Source: Chloroflexota bacterium (lineage in GTDB: Bacteria > Chloroflexota > Limnocylindria > Limnocylindrales > CSP1-4). Taken from it: a stretch of DNA of 64,000 bases. The notes beneath the pieces were generated by a model. It saw only the letters and a program-made list of their open reading frames with translations, ran no database searches and had not been told where the DNA came from. The position numbers and the translations under genes were made by a program. Shown one piece after another: positions 63,373 to 64,000 of this stretch (position 1 is the first letter of the stretch; the number at the start of each line of letters is the position of its first letter). The DNA lies in assembly GCA_003141955.1 (NCBI GenBank), contig PLOC01000020.1, positions 26,287 to 90,286 on the forward strand, read 5' to 3'.

Positions 63373-63528
63373 ATGGCGAGCCGAGACCGCCCGCACCGCC
63401 AAGAGAAGAAGAAGCCCAAGGACGCTGGGAAGAAGACCCCCCAGATCCAGCCCATGCTGGAGCCGCCGACCAACGTCGAGGTGTGGAAGCCGAAGCGGAA
63501 GCCGCGGACAGAAGAACCAGAGAGCTGA
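63373..63528 (+). CDS. small Lys/Pro-rich hypothetical protein (51 aa)
   Basis: MASRDRPHRQEKKKPKDAGKKTPQIQPMLEPPTNVEVWKPKRKPRTEEPES. GGAGG lies 9 nt upstream. No family recognised, and coding status is uncertain. Confidence 0.35.
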   Translation: MASRDRPHRQEKKKPKDAGKKTPQIQPMLEPPTNVEVWKPKRKPRTEEPES

Positions 63529-63599
63529 CGAGCGGGCGGACGCCATCGGGCGACCCGTTCCGCTAATTCCGAGAGGACAGGAGCGAGGAGCAGGTGGCA

Positions 63600-64000
63600 A
63601 TGATGGAGCGAGGGACCGAGGCCGGGGCAACAGGCGCGGAGCACCCCGCGGAGCGGCCGATTGAACGCACCAAGGCCGTCGACGCGGCCATTCTGGCCAT
63701 CGAGAAGCAGTTCGGCAGGGGCTCGATAATGCGCCTCGGCTCGTCGGAACGAGCCCAGGTCGACGTCATCCCGACCGGCTCGATAGCGCTCGACCTCGCC
63801 CTCGGCGTGGGCGGCATCCCGCGCGGCCGCATCACCGAGATCTTCGGGCCCGAGTCGTCGGGCAAGACGACCCTCTGCCAGCACATCCTGGCGGAAGCGC
63901 AGCGCAAGGGCGGCGTCGTCGCCTTCATCGACGTCGAGCATGCCCTCGATCCCGGCTACGCCCGCGCCTGCGGCGTGAACGTGGACGAGCTGCTCGTCAG
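63600..64000 (+). CDS. recA: recombinase RecA (5' part, runs off the window)
   Basis: [15 protein letters not shown]..., [36 protein letters not shown] (Walker A), [16 protein letters not shown] upstream of ATG 63600. Absent from the ORF track because there is no stop within the window. Confidence 0.9.
   Translation, partial: MMERGTEAGATGAEHPAERPIERTKAVDAAILAIEKQFGRGSIMRLGSSERAQVDVIPTGSIALDLALGVGGIPRGRITEIFGPESSGKTTLCQHILAEAQRKGGVVAFIDVEHALDPGYARACGVNVDELLV

Noticed and set aside
63529-63599. LexA (Cheo-type GAAC-N4-GTTC) box upstream of recA
   Set aside because: Only an isolated GTTC is present and there is no matching half-site. The lineage-specific LexA motif is unknown to me, so nothing can be claimed.
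1-64000. Looked for CRISPR arrays, IS elements/transposases, integrases, prophage genes and rRNA
   Set aside because: No regularly spaced direct repeats, no transposase- or integrase-like ORFs and no rRNA-like sequence were seen. The only tandem repeats are short coding or operator-like ones, listed above.

Overview
This is a gene-dense, visibly GC-rich (roughly two-thirds G+C by eye, not computed) stretch of bacterial chromosomal core. I saw no rRNA, CRISPR array, transposase or integrase. The gene content (MutS2, T-box leaders, DUF951, a YerC/HisR-type TrpR protein, FemAB, a DUF1461-like protein) suggests a high-GC Terrabacteria lineage, possibly Chloroflexota-like. That placement is inference only.

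Main blocks, in order:
- cmk-plsC-ispH-der, then tRNA-Pro
- a flavodoxin-like gene, an unannotated 47-codon Flp pilin gene and a PLP decarboxylase
- a DUF1461-like protein coupled to an M50 protease, then moaC
- nrdR-dcd-MBL hydrolase, then tRNA-Arg
- a secreted C39-like peptidase
- a Fur-family regulator divergent from a cbi/nik MNQO ECF metal transporter
- a frameshifted GGDEF-GAF gene
- a family-5 solute-binding protein coupled to an MA-clan peptidase
- DUF951-MFS and a processive GT2 synthase
- a three-gene secreted cluster: clan-CD-like peptidase, PepSY-like protein, PD40 lipoprotein
- tRNA-Val, then T-box-thrS, infC (ATC start)-rpmI-rplT and T-box-pheST
- cvpA-mpg-mutS2
- femAB-murJ convergent with a class A PBP
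- tyrS
- a tightly coupled hisR-hisGDCBHF-IE operon divergent from hisA
- an EF-G paralogue, yebC-ruvCAB-tgt, and the 5' part of recA

About 20 gene junctions use 4-nt start/stop overlaps. I found no clearly novel multi-gene system. The most unusual items are listed under findings. Long ORFs antisense to these genes are high-GC shadow ORFs and are rejected.
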